Below, piece after piece: positions 36,101 through 50,400 of a stretch of DNA of 64,000 nucleotides (position 1 is its first letter; every line of letters starts with the position of its first letter). Source of the stretch: Anaeramoeba ignava BMAN (lineage: Eukaryota > Protista > Anaeramoebae); the NCBI GenBank assembly GCA_028826165.1, contig JAPDFW010000064.1, forward strand, positions 372,001 to 436,000. Direction: 5' to 3'. The notes under the pieces were generated by a model. The model had not been told where the DNA came from. It saw only the letters and a program-made list of their open reading frames with translations, and made no database searches. The translations under genes were made by a program, and so were the position numbers.

Positions 36101-39100
36101 TACATGAGCGGTTATTGTCAGATACAATGACGAGAATTGAGGAGTATCGCGACCAAAAAAACGAACAGCGCGTGAAAAGATGTTTGTCTCTATTGCGGAG
36201 GGTTGTAGAAGAGCATGATCGCCTGTATGGAAACGCTCCGCTCGAGAGTGCTGCTTTAAAACCGCACAAGCAAAGAACGGGTGTCAAGTCACTTGAGCTT
36301 TCAGTTCTCTTTGGCGACTCGCCCACAAATGTAATTGTGCACAGCACGATTCTTCTCAGCGATTTCAAGAGCATTGTTGCAAAGCGTCTCGCAATCCCTC
36401 TCAAAGACATCGCGTTCTTCATTGATGGCCAGCCGCTTCTTCTTGATGACAAATCCCTCGATGATATAGGTTTGATGTCAAGTTTTTTGATCCAAATCAA
36501 ACGCTCGGCATTTTCTCAACAAAATGATGTCAAGCAACAAGAAACAAATAAAGAAAAAGATCCCCCAAAATCTAATGAAGAAAATGCTCCCCCAAAACAT
36601 TCAAGAAATAGAGAGCAAAAACAAAGACTTAATTTAATCGCAAAAATGAAAAAAGAAACCGAAAAATACAGAAGAGATGCTGAGAAGAAAAAGGAGAGGG
36701 AAAGACAGCAGATGATAAGGGAGAAAGAGAAAAAACTCCATGAGAACCGCATGCGCGAACTTGACCGCACAGACAGATTCCCTGCTTTCTTTCTTTCGCA
36801 GAAAAACAACTTCGATTTCTTTTTGGATTTGCTGACTTTTTCTCCAGAAGTTTCCTCCCGCACATGGAACCTGATCCGTTTGCTTCCAACAAACGCTGTC
36901 CTTGCTCTTGATCTAGCGCGTGTTTCTCCGGAAAGATATGCACATGCAAAACCCGTTTTTTCAGTCTCAGGTGTGCCTTCTTTGGCAATCAAATCGCGAG
37001 AGATTGTGCGAGAAAAAAGAGACGAAAATATCGATACATCCCAATATCCCAATTTCCACAAGCTTCTCCCATCAAACAACTTCTATACCCTCTTGTATTC
37101 TCTCGAGATCATCCAAATGCTGATCCTTGTTGATCCAGAACAAGCAGAAGATGCTCTATCAATGTCAGGAACGTTGCGTGATCTTGGATGGTGCAGATCC
37201 TTCGTTTCAAACGGCGGCATAGTTCGTCTCATGGAAATCATAACAGACCTCGCCTCAGACAAATCGTGGTTGACTAAAAGCACAGACACAGATCTGCAGA
37301 GCACTCATTACGAAATTGTTGTTCGTACACTCGGCATTCTTGCAGAAATTTTTGTTTCTCTTGCAATTGACCAAAAAAATTCTCTTGTAGAACCTCTTGA
37401 AGAAGCTTTAAGCCAATTCGGCATTTCTCCTTACAGTGCACAAGAATTCCCGTTTCTTGATTTCTTACTCGGTCTCATTAAAATCCTTGTCGCTCTCTCA
37501 GATTCCGAGGCAAAAGAAATTTCACATTTCGCGATTTATTCATTCCAAATTGTGGAAATTCTTTTTTCAAAACAAGAACATTTTCTAATTCATTTTCTTG
37601 AAGAAAATCAATCGCTTGTCGAGGATATGATTCGCGCACTTCTTCTTGGAAAAGACGCAAAAATCAGGAGCGTTACATCAAATTTCCTCAAGAACCTTTC
37701 TCGCATGATGATGCCCGCTCGTGATGGAAAGGACCCACTTTATGCACTTTCACATATTCTCCCAGTATTACTTGAGTTTGTCTCAAGAATCACTGAATAC
37801 AAATCTTTTCAAGTTCCAGAATTCTTCTCCCTGCTCATGCACATAACTCTTCCCGCAGATAAGTCATCCCTCTCGGAAACAGACATCACCTTTGCACGCG
37901 CCACTATGGACGTTTTCAAGACGTTAGGTCCGCTTGATCTTATCAATAAACTTGTCGACCAGATCAAAGTGTATCCTGTTTGCGAAAAGAGTAGTTCCAA
38001 GAGAAACGTCGATTGGAAAATCAAGGGAATTCTGGATCTTGTTTCTGTGCTGCTCTCAATACTAGATATCTCTCAAGAAGCCAAGACGACGATAGGAATC
38101 AAAAACGGATTAATAACGGAAATTTTTGACATGTGCTTATTTCGCTCTGTTCCTGTTCTTTCCGAAAAGCAAGAGGAAAACAACCCAGAAAAAAATCTCC
38201 GTAGACATGACTCCTTAAAGAATTTATTGCCCAAGTGCCAAACAGACGAGGCGCGTCAAGCTGCATTCCAAGTTTTGTTTGTGTTGACAAACAACAACGA
38301 AGAAAATTTTCAATTTTTATTACAAAAACTTGAGAAGCATTTATACTCCTCAGAAAAAATTGAGGAATGGGATTTCTCACCCGTTTTTGAGCAACAAGAA
38401 CGGACTGCAGGATATGTGGGTCTCAAGAATCAGGGTGCGACATGCTATATGAATTCTGTACTTCAACAACTTTTCCTCAATTCCGAATTTAGAGAAGGCA
38501 TTCTAGAGTCAAGAGAGCTCCGAAACAAGCACGAGATACAACAGCGCGAGCTCGAGAAACTTGCTCTCAAAATGGCGAAATCAAAAAATACTGAAAACAC
38601 TGTTTTGGATCATAATAACAATAACAGCAACAATATCAACAACAACAATGATCATGAAAATATTTCAAATGAAAATTTTCCAAAAAATCAAAATGAAAAT
38701 AATTTTGAAAACTTGGAAAATTCCGTTGATGATCCAAATTTAAAAAATCAAGATGAAAGTTTGCCCATCCAGATCGACAAGGATCTTCTCAATAGCGCGC
38801 AAGCAGGATTTGGAAAGTTGAAAAAGAACGACAATCAAATACTTCTTGAACAAGCACAAAATCTATTTTATCAAATGCAGCAATCACAAGAAACATCAAT
38901 TGATCCGATCCAGTTCTGCAGAAGTTTCAAGGATTTCGATGGCAACCCAATCAATCTCGGAAGACAACAAGACGCGAACGAATTTTTGAACATGCTTTTT
39001 GAGCGAATTGAGTCAAGTTTAGGTCAAATGGGGGATCCACAGTTATTAAAAGAAGTGTTTGGTGGGAAGTTGATCCACCAAGTAATCTGCCATGAAAAAT

Positions 39101-41892
39101 CGCACCGTTCTGAGCGTGAAGAGCCGTTCTTCACAATCTCCTTGCAGGTCAATGGCAAACGAACTCTAGAAGAGTCTCTGCAACTATTTATTGAAGGTGA
39201 TATTCTCAACGGTGACAACCAATATTTCTGTAATAACTGCAATAAAAAGGTCGACGCTTTGAAGCGTTGTTGCATCAAATACCTCCCAAACACACTGATT
39301 CTTCATCTCAAACGCTTTGAATTTGATCTGGAAACAATGCAGAACATCAAACTTAATTCATATCTTGAATTTCCAAAAAAACTTGACATGAAACCATACA
39401 CATTATTTGGCATCATGGAGAAAGAACTGGAAGAGAAACTTCGACTGCAAGCAGAAAAGGATCTCGAAGAGGAAGACACAACAAACTCTGCCGAGACAGT
39501 CCAATCACAGAAGTCCCCAGATCAGCAAAATGATGGGGATCTTGCTGTCTTGAACGACCAAACTCTCGATGAAAATCTTCTTAATTTCGACAACTATGCA
39601 GACCAGGATGACAGTCCCTTCTCTCAAGAAGACAACACAGAAAAAGAACTCAACGAATTACAGCGTCCCGACGACTATTACGATTACGAGCTCATAGGTG
39701 TTGTTGTGCATTCAGGAACTTCCTCGTTTGGCCATTATTACTCGTTTATCCGCGAGAGAAACCAGAATTACCAGCAAGGTGCAGATGATGAAACAGAGGA
39801 TTTTGGATGGAATGAGTTCAATGACCGCAATGTTCACAAAACAAGTTTTGAAGAGATCAAAAGACGCGCTTTTGGATCGCAACCTCTTGACAGCAACCAA
39901 AATTTTCCTTTTAATGCTTATATGCTTTTTTATGAACGCAAACAACGTTTTGATTACTCAACTCAGGAGAAGTTCGACAAGGACTTCGGCAAAAGCGATA
40001 CGCTTCAAATCATGCGCAAAATTCGCAAACGAAAAATGATCCAAAAAAATTCCAAGTTCCAAATTTACGATCCAAATTATTTCAACTTTCTTCTTCAGTT
40101 TGTTGAGCAGAATAAAGCATTTGAATCACAAAAAATGTTTCTTCCACAGTTTGCAATGACGTTTCTTATCGAGATTCTTTCTCATTCCAAAGCTCAAGAT
40201 GATTTTGATATTTGGGCAAAGCATTTGCAACCTTTACTTGAAGAAAATGCCCAATTTTCTCAATGGTTTTTGCAATCTTGTTCTTCTTCAAATTGGATTT
40301 CTTCTATTCTTCTTGGGTGTCCTTTCCCTAAAGTTAAACTTCCTTTTGTTTATTTGCTTGATGCTGCAATGAAAAGTTTAGTTGTTTTTGAACGACCTAT
40401 TTATTCAAATGAAGTTGATTTATCTGATGGTGTTCAAAATTCTATTTTAGCGGGATTTATAGATTATCTTCTTGATAAAGTGAAAATTATATTTAAATTA
40501 ATATTTAAATTAATATTTGAATTAATATTTAAATTAATATTTTTATATTTAAATTAATATTTGAATCAATATTTAAATTAATATTTGAATTAATATTTAA
40601 ATTAATATTTAAATTATTATTTAAATTAATATTTAAATTAATATTTGAATTAATATTTAAATTAATATTTAAATTAATATTTAAATTAATATTTGAATTA
40701 ATATTTAAATTAATATTTAAATTAATATTTAAATTAATATTTGAATTAATATTTAAATTAATATTTGAATTAATATTTTTTATATTTGAATTAATATTTA
40801 AATTTATATTTGAATTAATATTTAAATTAATATTTAAATTTATATTTTTATTAATATTTAAATTAATATTTAAATTAATATTTAAATTAATATTTATATT
40901 TATATTTAAATTAATATTTAAATTAATATTTAAATTAATATTTAATATTTATATTAATATTTAAATTAATATTTAATATTTATATTAATATTTAAATTAA
41001 TATTTAATATTTAAATTAATATTTAAATTAATATTTTTATTTATATTTAAATTTAAATTAATATTTGATATTTAAATTAATATTTTTATTTATATTTGAA
41101 TTAATATTTTATATTTTATTAAAAAAGATGGAAATACTTCTTGCAGATACAATCCCTCTTCATTATATGATGATTTTAGCTAAATTCGCTGGTTATGGAG
41201 AACAAGAATCATCTTATTTAATCAGAAAAAATGCAATAGATAAACTTATTCAATTTTATATGACTGAATTTTACGAAAAAGAAAAAAACTCTGAAAACAA
41301 TAATGAAGCTTTACAATGCGCTTTTCCAACAGAAAAACCTCGTCTTCAAGCAAATTATTTCTTCACACTTGTTGAGATTATTAAGAATCTTTGGACACAA
41401 TGTATCACAAATGAACAATCCAATTCCAATTTTTCACCTCAAAAAAAACCATTAGCAATTATTGATGTTCAAAAAATTATTGAATACAAAATCTTCTTTG
41501 AACACACACTTTTAAAAGATGTTAATATAACAGCAATTCTCAAAATTCTCTCTCATTTTGCAAATTCATCTTCTACTTTCAACTTATTTGTTGAGGATCT
41601 ATGCTCAACTTATTTAAATCAATCATTTACAAGTTCAATTAAAATTGAAGTTTATTTTTCTATTTTTCGTGCTTTACTTTTAATTGATGATCATTTACAA
41701 AAAGAAAGAACAAATCGAATATTTATGTTGATTATGCAATTGATTCAAAATTATTATTTAAAAAATCCAAATGCTTGTGCAAAGATTTTCCGTCAAGCTT
41801 ATTCTCTTTTTGGTTTAACTGACCAAACAAAAGCATGGGAAGAAGAAAACAAATTTCAAATTGAAGAATTTAAAATGTCTTTCCATGTTTAA
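33180..41892 (+). CDS. Large ubiquitin C-terminal hydrolase (USP9/24/34-like)
   Basis: Cys box GLKNQGATCYMNSVLQQLF, QQDANEF, LHLKRFEFD, His box VVHSGTSSFGHYYSFIR, WNEFND, AYMLFYER. Several 5' exons from ATG 33180, a 1-nt frameshift near 34430, and a last exon from ~41128. Confidence 0.93.
40485..41120. repeat. (TTTAAATTAATA)n intronic satellite
   Basis: Directly visible tandem array. Confidence 0.85.
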
Positions 41893-42107
41893 TTTTGATT
41901 TGGTTTTTTTTTTTAAATTTATTTTTTTTTAATTTGATAATCAAAAAAAAAGGATTATTCCACAAACAAAACTATATTTCTTTTCAATATATTTAATATT
42001 ATATTTAAAATTATATTTAATATTATATTTAAAATTATATTTAAAATTATATTTAAAATTATATTTAAAATTATATTTAAAATTATATTTAAAATATTGT
42101 AAATTGA

Positions 42108-43439
42108 TTATTGAAGTAATTTTTGTTTAAGTTGAATAATTTCATCTTGAAAACGATGAAGAATTAGAAGCTCTTGTTGAAATTCAAATTGAGAATTTTC
42201 ATAATTATCATCATTATCATTATCATTATCATTATCAATTATATTGCTTCTTGGTTGATATTCAGGATTTATAAATCTTGTTTTCTTCATTTCTTGTTTT
42301 GGAAGATATTCAGGATTAACAAATTTATGATCAATTTTAAATATTTTGTTTTGTTGATATTCATTTGATATCTCTTTTTGATTTGATTCTAGAGAAAGAT
42401 TTTGGAAATTATCATTAAAATTATAATTTGTTTGATTTTCTATTCTTTTTTTTGCTTCATAAATTTGACTAATTTGATAAAGTTTCTGGATTTGTTTTGG
42501 AGTATACATACTTGTTAATAAACTCAAATCTTCATTACTAAATAAATTTTGTGGAATTTTTTCATTTGGTTTATCAATATTTTCCATTGAAATATCATTT
42601 TGAGATTCATTTTGTTGTTGGAAAAATTTAGAAATAGATTTTTTAGCATCTTCATTAAGGAATTGAATGTTTGAATGATTTGATTTTTTTTCTTCTCTTA
42701 TTCGACGAAATTTTCTTAATTTTGCTTTTAATTCTTTTTGTTCTTCTTTAAGATTTTCAATTCCATTCTGCAATTTTTTTCTTTCATCATTTAAAGCTTC
42801 GACTTTTGCACTTAAAACAATATTATTAACTGTAATTTTAGAAATTTCATTTTCGAGAATTTGGACATAAGATTCAAGAGAATGATCATGATATAATTTT
42901 CTGAGATTTTGTAAAGTTAGTTGAGAAACTTGTTTTTCTAGAAGATTTTTGTGTTTGTTATTCCAATTACGATTATATTCACGAGAAGCTTTATTTCTTT
43001 GTTTGATAATATGAGAATTTTTATTTTTTTTGGTTGATTGTTTTGATTTTCTTTTTTTAAACTTTAAATTAATTTGATTTTGATTTGAATTTTGATTTAA
43101 ATTTTGATTTAAATTTTGATTTAAATTTTGATTTGAATTTTGATTTAAATTTTGATTTAAATTTTGATTTAAATTTTGATTTGAATTTTGATTTAAATTT
43201 TGATTTAAATTTTGATTTAAATTTTGATTTAAATTTTCATTTGAATTTTCATTTGAATTTTCATTTGAATTTTGATTTAAATTTTGATTTGAATTTTGAT
43301 TTAAATTTTGATTTGAATTTTCATTTGAATTTTCATTTGAATTTTCTGAAAAACTTAAATCATCTGTAAATGAATATGGAGATGATAAAAATGAATCAAA
43401 TTCTGAACTAAATCCTTCTTGTGAATCAAAAAAACTCAT
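42108..43439 (-). CDS. Possible bZIP-like/coiled-coil nuclear protein with (NQNL)n low-complexity tract
   Basis: 443-aa ORF with a basic segment (KKRK...KQRNKASREYNR) followed by heptad-like leucines. Confidence 0.5.
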   Translation of the reverse strand: MSFFDSQEGFSSEFDSFLSSPYSFTDDLSFSENSNENSNENSNQNLNQNSNQNLNQNSNENSNENSNENLNQNLNQNLNQNLNQNSNQNLNQNLNQNLNQNSNQNLNQNLNQNLNQNSNQNQINLKFKKRKSKQSTKKNKNSHIIKQRNKASREYNRNWNNKHKNLLEKQVSQLTLQNLRKLYHDHSLESYVQILENEISKITVNNIVLSAKVEALNDERKKLQNGIENLKEEQKELKAKLRKFRRIREEKKSNHSNIQFLNEDAKKSISKFFQQQNESQNDISMENIDKPNEKIPQNLFSNEDLSLLTSMYTPKQIQKLYQISQIYEAKKRIENQTNYNFNDNFQNLSLESNQKEISNEYQQNKIFKIDHKFVNPEYLPKQEMKKTRFINPEYQPRSNIIDNDNDNDNDDNYENSQFEFQQELLILHRFQDEIIQLKQKLLQ

Positions 43440-43564
43440 TTTTAAAAAAATGAAAAAATGAAAAAAATGAAAAAATGAAAAAATGAAAAAAAATTTTTAA
43501 AATTCATTTTTTTTTCTTCTTTTTAAATAATAAATAAAAAATCCAAAACGGTAAAATATAAACA

Positions 43565-46014
43565 ATGGCATCACCAACAAAAACAATTCGTATACTCTCG
43601 CTAACAGTAAAAGAGCGAGGGACAAGTAACTTTAACTTAGCAAATGCGAAAAGAATTCGAATTATGATCAACAAATCACCATCACCAACAACAACAGTAA
43701 CTCGGTTATCACCACAAAGAACATCTGAACCCAAATCACCAATCACCAAGAACACATCGCCTACACGAGTATCACCTGCGCGAAGCCCTAGTCCTGTGAA
43801 GCCAAAAGCTTCGTATATTACACAAACAAATTATTCACCAAATGAAAAATTAAAAGAAAATAATGAAAAAGATCAAGAAAAAATTTTGCAACTGGAAAAA
43901 AAAGTCAACGAACTTGAAAACGATAAAAAGGATCTTGAGAACCAAGTCAAGGAACTTCATAAGACAACAAAAAGCCACAAATCCAAACAAGAAGATGCAG
44001 ATAAAATACAGAAAGAACTGGAAAGCATCAAGAGGAAGTATTACAGAGAGAAGGACAGGAACAAGAAGCTTGAAGAGAAAGAGAAAAATCAAGCAGACAA
44101 TCAACGGACGCAAACGAGTAAGCTCGCGCAGGATGTAGAGGATCTCCAGAAGAAAATAGAGGAAGAAACAAAAACAAAGGAAAATTTAAAAGAAAAATTA
44201 AATGAAGAAACAAGTGAAAAAATCAAGTACAAAAAAATGTCAGAAGAATTAGAAAGAGAACTCAAGCATACAGAAGAGGATCTTGCATCGCAAAAACGAG
44301 AACTTGAGCGTGCAAGATCGAATCAGACACAAAATGATTCGCAAGAAATAGAAAGAATGCGAAAGGAAATTGAGGAAATGAGAAAAATTAAAAATAAAAG
44401 CGAAGATAAAGCAAATGATGCAATGGTTCAACTTATAGAGGTCAAGAACGACAAGCTCCGTCTCCAAGACGAAGTGGATAGACTTGGAGATCTTCTTAAG
44501 AAGAGCGACTCAGCCGCAAAAGAACTCGAGCAAATGAAAACAAAATACGCGCAATTGCAGCAAAAACAAAACGAGACTTCGGCGCAATTGCGCAACTCAA
44601 GTCCCTCAAAAGATCTCAATAACATCCAGTCCGAGCTCGCAAGAGTGGAGAAGGAGAAGGAGAGCTTGAAGTCGCAACTTTCGGAATCAAACCGCAATAT
44701 GATTTCTGTGACAAACAACTTGAACGCAATCAATAAAGAATATGAAAAAGAAAAATCAAAAAATGTCACTTTGTCAGATCAACTGGTTCAATTGAAAACT
44801 AGTTTAAAGGAAGCAGAATCGCAGCTCAAAACTGCGAAAAGCGTGCAATTTCAGAAAACAGAGCCAAATAAATCATTTAGAAATACAATTTCAATCAAAA
44901 ACAAGGAAATCGATGCCGACCAGCTCAAAAAGCGTTTGACAATGAAACTCAACAGCGTTGTTAAAGAAGCAGAGCGCGTTGCAGAGCTCCAACTTGATAC
45001 AGTTACAAATGACTATATGATGAAGATGACAAAACACCAACAAATCTGCGAAAAAATTTTGACATCTCTGGGTTCATTTAAAAATCAAGTCACTCATTCT
45101 CTTCAATCTTCTGTTGATGATCTTGTTTCTCTTACAACAAATCTTCGTAACCAAATTATGGAACCTCTCCCAAGTCTTGAAATGGAGGAAGTGGATAAAA
45201 AACCAAGAAAAAGTGTTAGACTCCAGAAATCTCCTAATGAATCTAATGTTAATCCTCAAACACAAAGGCTTACTCGTTCTTTGGCTGCTAAAAAACCACC
45301 ACCACCTCCTCCTACTGGTGTTGCTCCTCCTCTTTTCCGTTCCTCTTCTTTTACTTCTTCACCTACTCGTAATTAAAATTCAATAATAAAATAAAATTCA
45401 ATAATAAAATTCAATAATAAAATAAAATTCAATATTTAAATTCAATAATAAAATTCAATAACAAAATTCAAAAATAAAATTCAAAATAAAATTAAAATTA
45501 AAATTCAATATTAAAATTTAAATTCAAATCAAAATTCAATAATAAAATTCAATAATAAAATTAAATAATAAAATTCAATAATAAAATTAAATAACAAAAT
45601 TCAATAATAAAATTCAATAATAAAATTCAATAATAAAATTCAATATTAAAATTTAAATTCAAATCAAAATTCAATAATAAAATTAAATATTAAAATTAAA
45701 ATTTAAATTTAATCAAAATTAATTTTATTCCACTTTTTATTCCACTTTTTATTTTATTTATTTTATTTATTTTATTTATTTTATTTATTTTATTTATTTT
45801 AGAAAAGGGATCATTAATGGAATCAATTCGACAAGGAACTACTTTAAAAAAAGTTGAAAATCGAAAAACTATGCATAGAATTGCAAAAAGAATGTCAATT
45901 AGAACATCTCTTTCAAATGCTATGAAATCTCGAAGAATAGATATGAAACTTGATGAAAGTGATTCAGATGATGATTTAATGGAAGATGATGAATGGGATG
46001 ATTTTTTTAATTAA
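43565..46014 (+). CDS. Coiled-coil protein with polyproline and C-terminal WH2-Central-Acidic (VCA) module; candidate Arp2/3 nucleation-promoting factor
   Basis: Exons 43565-45368 and 45803-46014 splice in frame. Features: PPPPPP, SLMESIRQGTTLKKVE (WH2), SLSNAMKSRR (C), DESDSDDDLMEDDEWDD (A). Confidence 0.8.
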
Positions 46015-46149
46015 TTTTTACAATTAATTAACTTTAATTTTTTTGTTTTTTTTTTTATTCTTTTTTATTTTTTTCTTTCAAAAAACAAAATTAAAAAAGA
46101 ATTGAAATTCCAAAAAAAAAAAGCAATAAAATTCAAAAGAAAAAAAGTT

Positions 46150-47455
46150 TTGAATTTTGATTTTGAATTTTGATTTTGAATTTTGATTTTGATTTTGATT
46201 TTGAATTTGATTTTGATTTTAATTTTAATTTTGATTTTAATTTTAATTTTGATTTTAATTTTAATTTTAATTTTGATTTTAATTTTGATTTTGATTTTAA
46301 TTTTAATTTTGATTTTGATTTTAATTTTGATTTTGAATTTTGATTTTGATTTTGATTTAAATTTTGATTTTGATTTTAATTTTGATTTTAATTTTGATTT
46401 TGATTTTGAATTTTGATTTTAATTTTGATTTTTGATTTTGATTTTTTTGATTTTGATTTTAATTTTAATTTTAATTTTGATTTTGATTTTGATTTTGATT
46501 TTGATTTTAATTTTAATTTTGAATTTTGATTTTAATTTTGATTTTAATTTTGATTTTAATTTTGATTTTAATTTTGATTTTGATTTTGATTTTAATTTTG
46601 ATTTTAATTTTGATTTAAATTTTGATTTTAATTTTAATTTTGATTTTAATTTTAATTTTGATTTTAATTTTGATTTTAATTTTAATTTTAATTTTAATTT
46701 TGATTTTGATTTTAATTTTGATTTTGATTTTGATTTTGATTTTGATTTTAATTTAAATTTTGATTTTGATTTTGATTTTGATTTTGATTTTAATTTTAAT
46801 TTTGATTTTAATTTTGATTTTAATTTTGATTTTGAATTTTGATTTTTGATTTTGATTTTAATTTTAATTTTGATTTTAATTTTGATTTTAATTTTAATTT
46901 TAATTTTGATTTTAATTTTGATTTTAATTTTGATTTAAATTTTGATTTTAATTTTGATTTTGATTTTGATTTCAATTTGATTTTCATTTTCATTTTAATT
47001 TTGATTTAAATTTTGATTTTGATTTTGATTTTAATTTTAGTTTTGAATTTGATTTTGATTTTAATTTTAATTTTGATTTTGATTTTGATTTTGATTTTAA
47101 TTTTAATTTTGATTTTGATTTTGATTTTGATTTTGATTTTGATTTTGATTTTGATTTTGATTTTGATTTTAATTTTAATTTTGATTTTTAATTTTGAATT
47201 TTAATTTTAATTTTAATTTTAATTTTGATTTTAATTTTTAAATTTTGATTTTAATTTTAATTTTGATTTTAATTTTGATTTTAATTTTGATTTTAATTTT
47301 GATTTTAATTTTGATTTTGATTTTAATTTTGATTTTAATTTTAATTTTAATTTTAATTTTAATTTAAATTTTGATTTTGATTTTAATTTTGAATTTTGAT
47401 TTTGATTTTAATTTTAATTTTGATTTAAATTTGATTTTAATTTTAATTAATTTTG
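46150..47455. repeat. (ATTTTG/ATTTTA)n intergenic microsatellite
   Basis: Directly visible hexamer array. Confidence 0.9.
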
Positions 47456-47457
47456 AT

Positions 47458-50400
47458 TTAATCCTTCTTCGATAAAATAACTATTGAAAGTGGATCAACC
47501 CAATGCTTCAATTCCTTTGTATAATATAAATAAACTCTTGAAGCATTACCACAATATTTTCCAGCAACAGTTGCAATAACATCAATATTAAACTTGATTT
47601 CAACATTAGGAGCAAAATCTCTCCAATAAAAAACAACATCACGAGCACCAAATAACTCAAAAGAAGAAACAATTCCTTTCTTAACAAGCTCTTGTAATTG
47701 TTCATAACGAGGTTCTAAACCACCAGGAAGACCTATAATAGCAATTCCCATTGGCAACCCTTCATTTTTCTTATTGCGAACAATCACTTCAATTTCAGTT
47801 CCATTTCCTTCATAAATTTCAACATTTCCATCTTTTTTCTCTCCAATAATTCGTGTTTGAAGTTCTAAAGAACAATCTTTATCAGAAACAGGAAACGGAC
47901 TATTATACTGAATTTGCAAAGCAAAAGGCATGTCTGATCCATCAACCATTTCAATTTCAAGTTCATACTTTCCAGGCTTATTAAAAGCTTGCGAAAAATC
48001 AGGGAATTTTTTCTCTCCAGTTTCATCTTTAGAAAATCCAATGCAATCCACTGATTCATTGTTAACTTTCAACTCAACAGATCCTTCTGCTTTAGTTTTT
48101 GCAGAGACAAAATCAAACGTAACAATCGCTTTCAAAGCAAGAACAGTAGCTTGTGTTGAACCAAATGATCCGCCTGAACAAGATGATTGAATAAAATCAA
48201 TTGCGCGAATCACGTTATCGGCAAATTTCCCTTCGGAATAAAATTTGAGCCAAGATATCACACTCATTGCTGTTGTTTCCATGGTTAAATCATTTCCATA
48301 AGAACAAGTGATTGTTGTTTTAGCATTCTGGACAAATCCTGGTTTTTTTTGGTTTTTTGTTTCTTTGACTTGGAAATCCTTTAGTTTCTCAGCAAAATTA
48401 AGTGCTTCTTTTTTCTTTCCAAATCCAAACATGATTGAGGAAACAAGAGCAATAAAATATGCATCTTCTTTGAATTCAGTGTTTGCTTTTTTGATTAAAC
48501 TCTGAACAACTTCATCAAGCTCCTTGCTTTGCGCTCCACATTCACAAAGCGCCCAAACGATATAAGCATCTGTGATATGTGGTGGAGCGCTTCCAAAATT
48601 ATCCAAAGCAAGCGAATTACGCTCAAATATTCCTTTCTCATGATTGATTCTTGATAATAACCAATTTTTTGTGCGTTCAACCATTTTCATATCAACAGGG
48701 AAAACTTTTGAGATATCAAGAAATTCCATGATTCCCATAGCGGTTAGAGCTTCATGACCAGGATCAGATCCAAACCATTCATAACCGCCTTTTTTACATT
48801 CATATCCAATTAGTCTTTTGTATCCTTTCTCAATTAATTCGTTTGATTTTTTCACTAAATCTTGTGGCGCGCCTAAATGTGTTTTGAAGTATTGTTGCGC
48901 CATAACCATTGGATATACAGTCATAGATGTCTGTTCAAAACATCCACATGGTTCCTGAATTAATGCTTCTAATGCTGATGTTAGATTTCCTATTGGTGTT
49001 GGGAATATTTCGCAATAAGTTCGGAAACTTGCCCATACAACTTCTTCTGGTAATTCTAAATTAAACTTTTGTTTTGTGTTTTTCTTTAAGATTCCTGAAT
49101 AGTTCTTAGCTATTGGAAACCCTTTCGGTCGAATTGTGATTTCTCTTGTTACTTCATCTTTTAATCCTGATGGATTTTTGCTTATTCCTTCAATTTTGAC
49201 TTTGCTTTTTTTGTTTGCTGGTTTTGGTGCTAATTTGAAAATGTGTTTTTTTCTTTCGTTTGCTTTTAATTTTCCTTTCCATTCATTTTTCTCTAAAATT
49301 GTGAAATCTATATAAAATATTCAAATAAATAAATAAATGATATTTAAACAAATAAATAAATGATATTTCCTTACCACTATCATCAAAAACAGTTCGTAAT
49401 TCAAGATCAATATCTTCTTGAAGTGAATTTACCATTGCAACAGATAAATCAATTTCATCTCCAACAGTAACTTCTAATGGTAATTTCGGTTCAACGTAAA
49501 ATGGTTCTTTTGAATCAATCACAAAATCATCGTGAAATCCAATTAATCCATTATCAGTAAATCCATCAATAAAAATCCTGAAAGAAGACACAGAATCATT
49601 CAAATCAAATTCAAATTTGCACACAAATTCATTTCCTTCTTTAGTTGTTTCAAGATAAGGTGAATAATATAAGGTTTCTGTAAAATCTGTTCTTTCTCCA
49701 TGTTTTCTTGAAGGTCTTGATTTATGTGCAAATTGTCTTTCATAATTCGCTTGATTTAATATATTATCTAATACTCTATCATTTTGTACAAAATCTCCAA
49801 GTTTAAAATTTTGTTGCATTTCTTCTTCTTTTTCACCACCAAAATCTCCGTCAAATGGAACTACAATATCCTGATCCATTGCAATTTCTTTTTGAGGATC
49901 TTCAATTTTTTGATTAAAAATTCTTTGATTTTGTTCTTGAATTTCAGGCATTTTTTGTGCAACTTCCGAATCTTCTTCTTGAATAATTGCTTTACCGAAA
50001 TTTAATTGAATCTCATTTCGTATATCCATTGGGATAGCTCCTTCAAATTCCATTCCCCTATCCATACCCATTGGAACATTCATTGCAAAATTATCTTCCA
50101 TTAGAATTGCATTTTCTAAAAAGAAACGGAACTGTGGGATTTCTTCTTCATAATGAGCAACAAATAATTTCTCAATCTTATCTCCTTGTTTCTTAAGTTC
50201 TCCGATTGGATCTAGATAAATAAATCTTCGCCAACCTTGAGTTCCCAATAACAAATCAAGAGGGGCAAAAAGTGGAACATCATCTTTTTCATCTTTTTTA
50301 TCTTTTTCATCTTTTTTATCTTTATCATCTTTTTCATCTTTTTTATCTTTTTCATCTTTTTCATCTTTTTTATCTTTTTCATCTTTTTCCTTTTTTTCTG

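Noticed and set aside
34432-40480. Higher-GC interior of the USP exon as a horizontally acquired or inserted element (intein/transposon)
   Set aside because: It is a continuous USP reading frame with no intein or transposase motif that I can recognise, and other long exons show the same GC rise.
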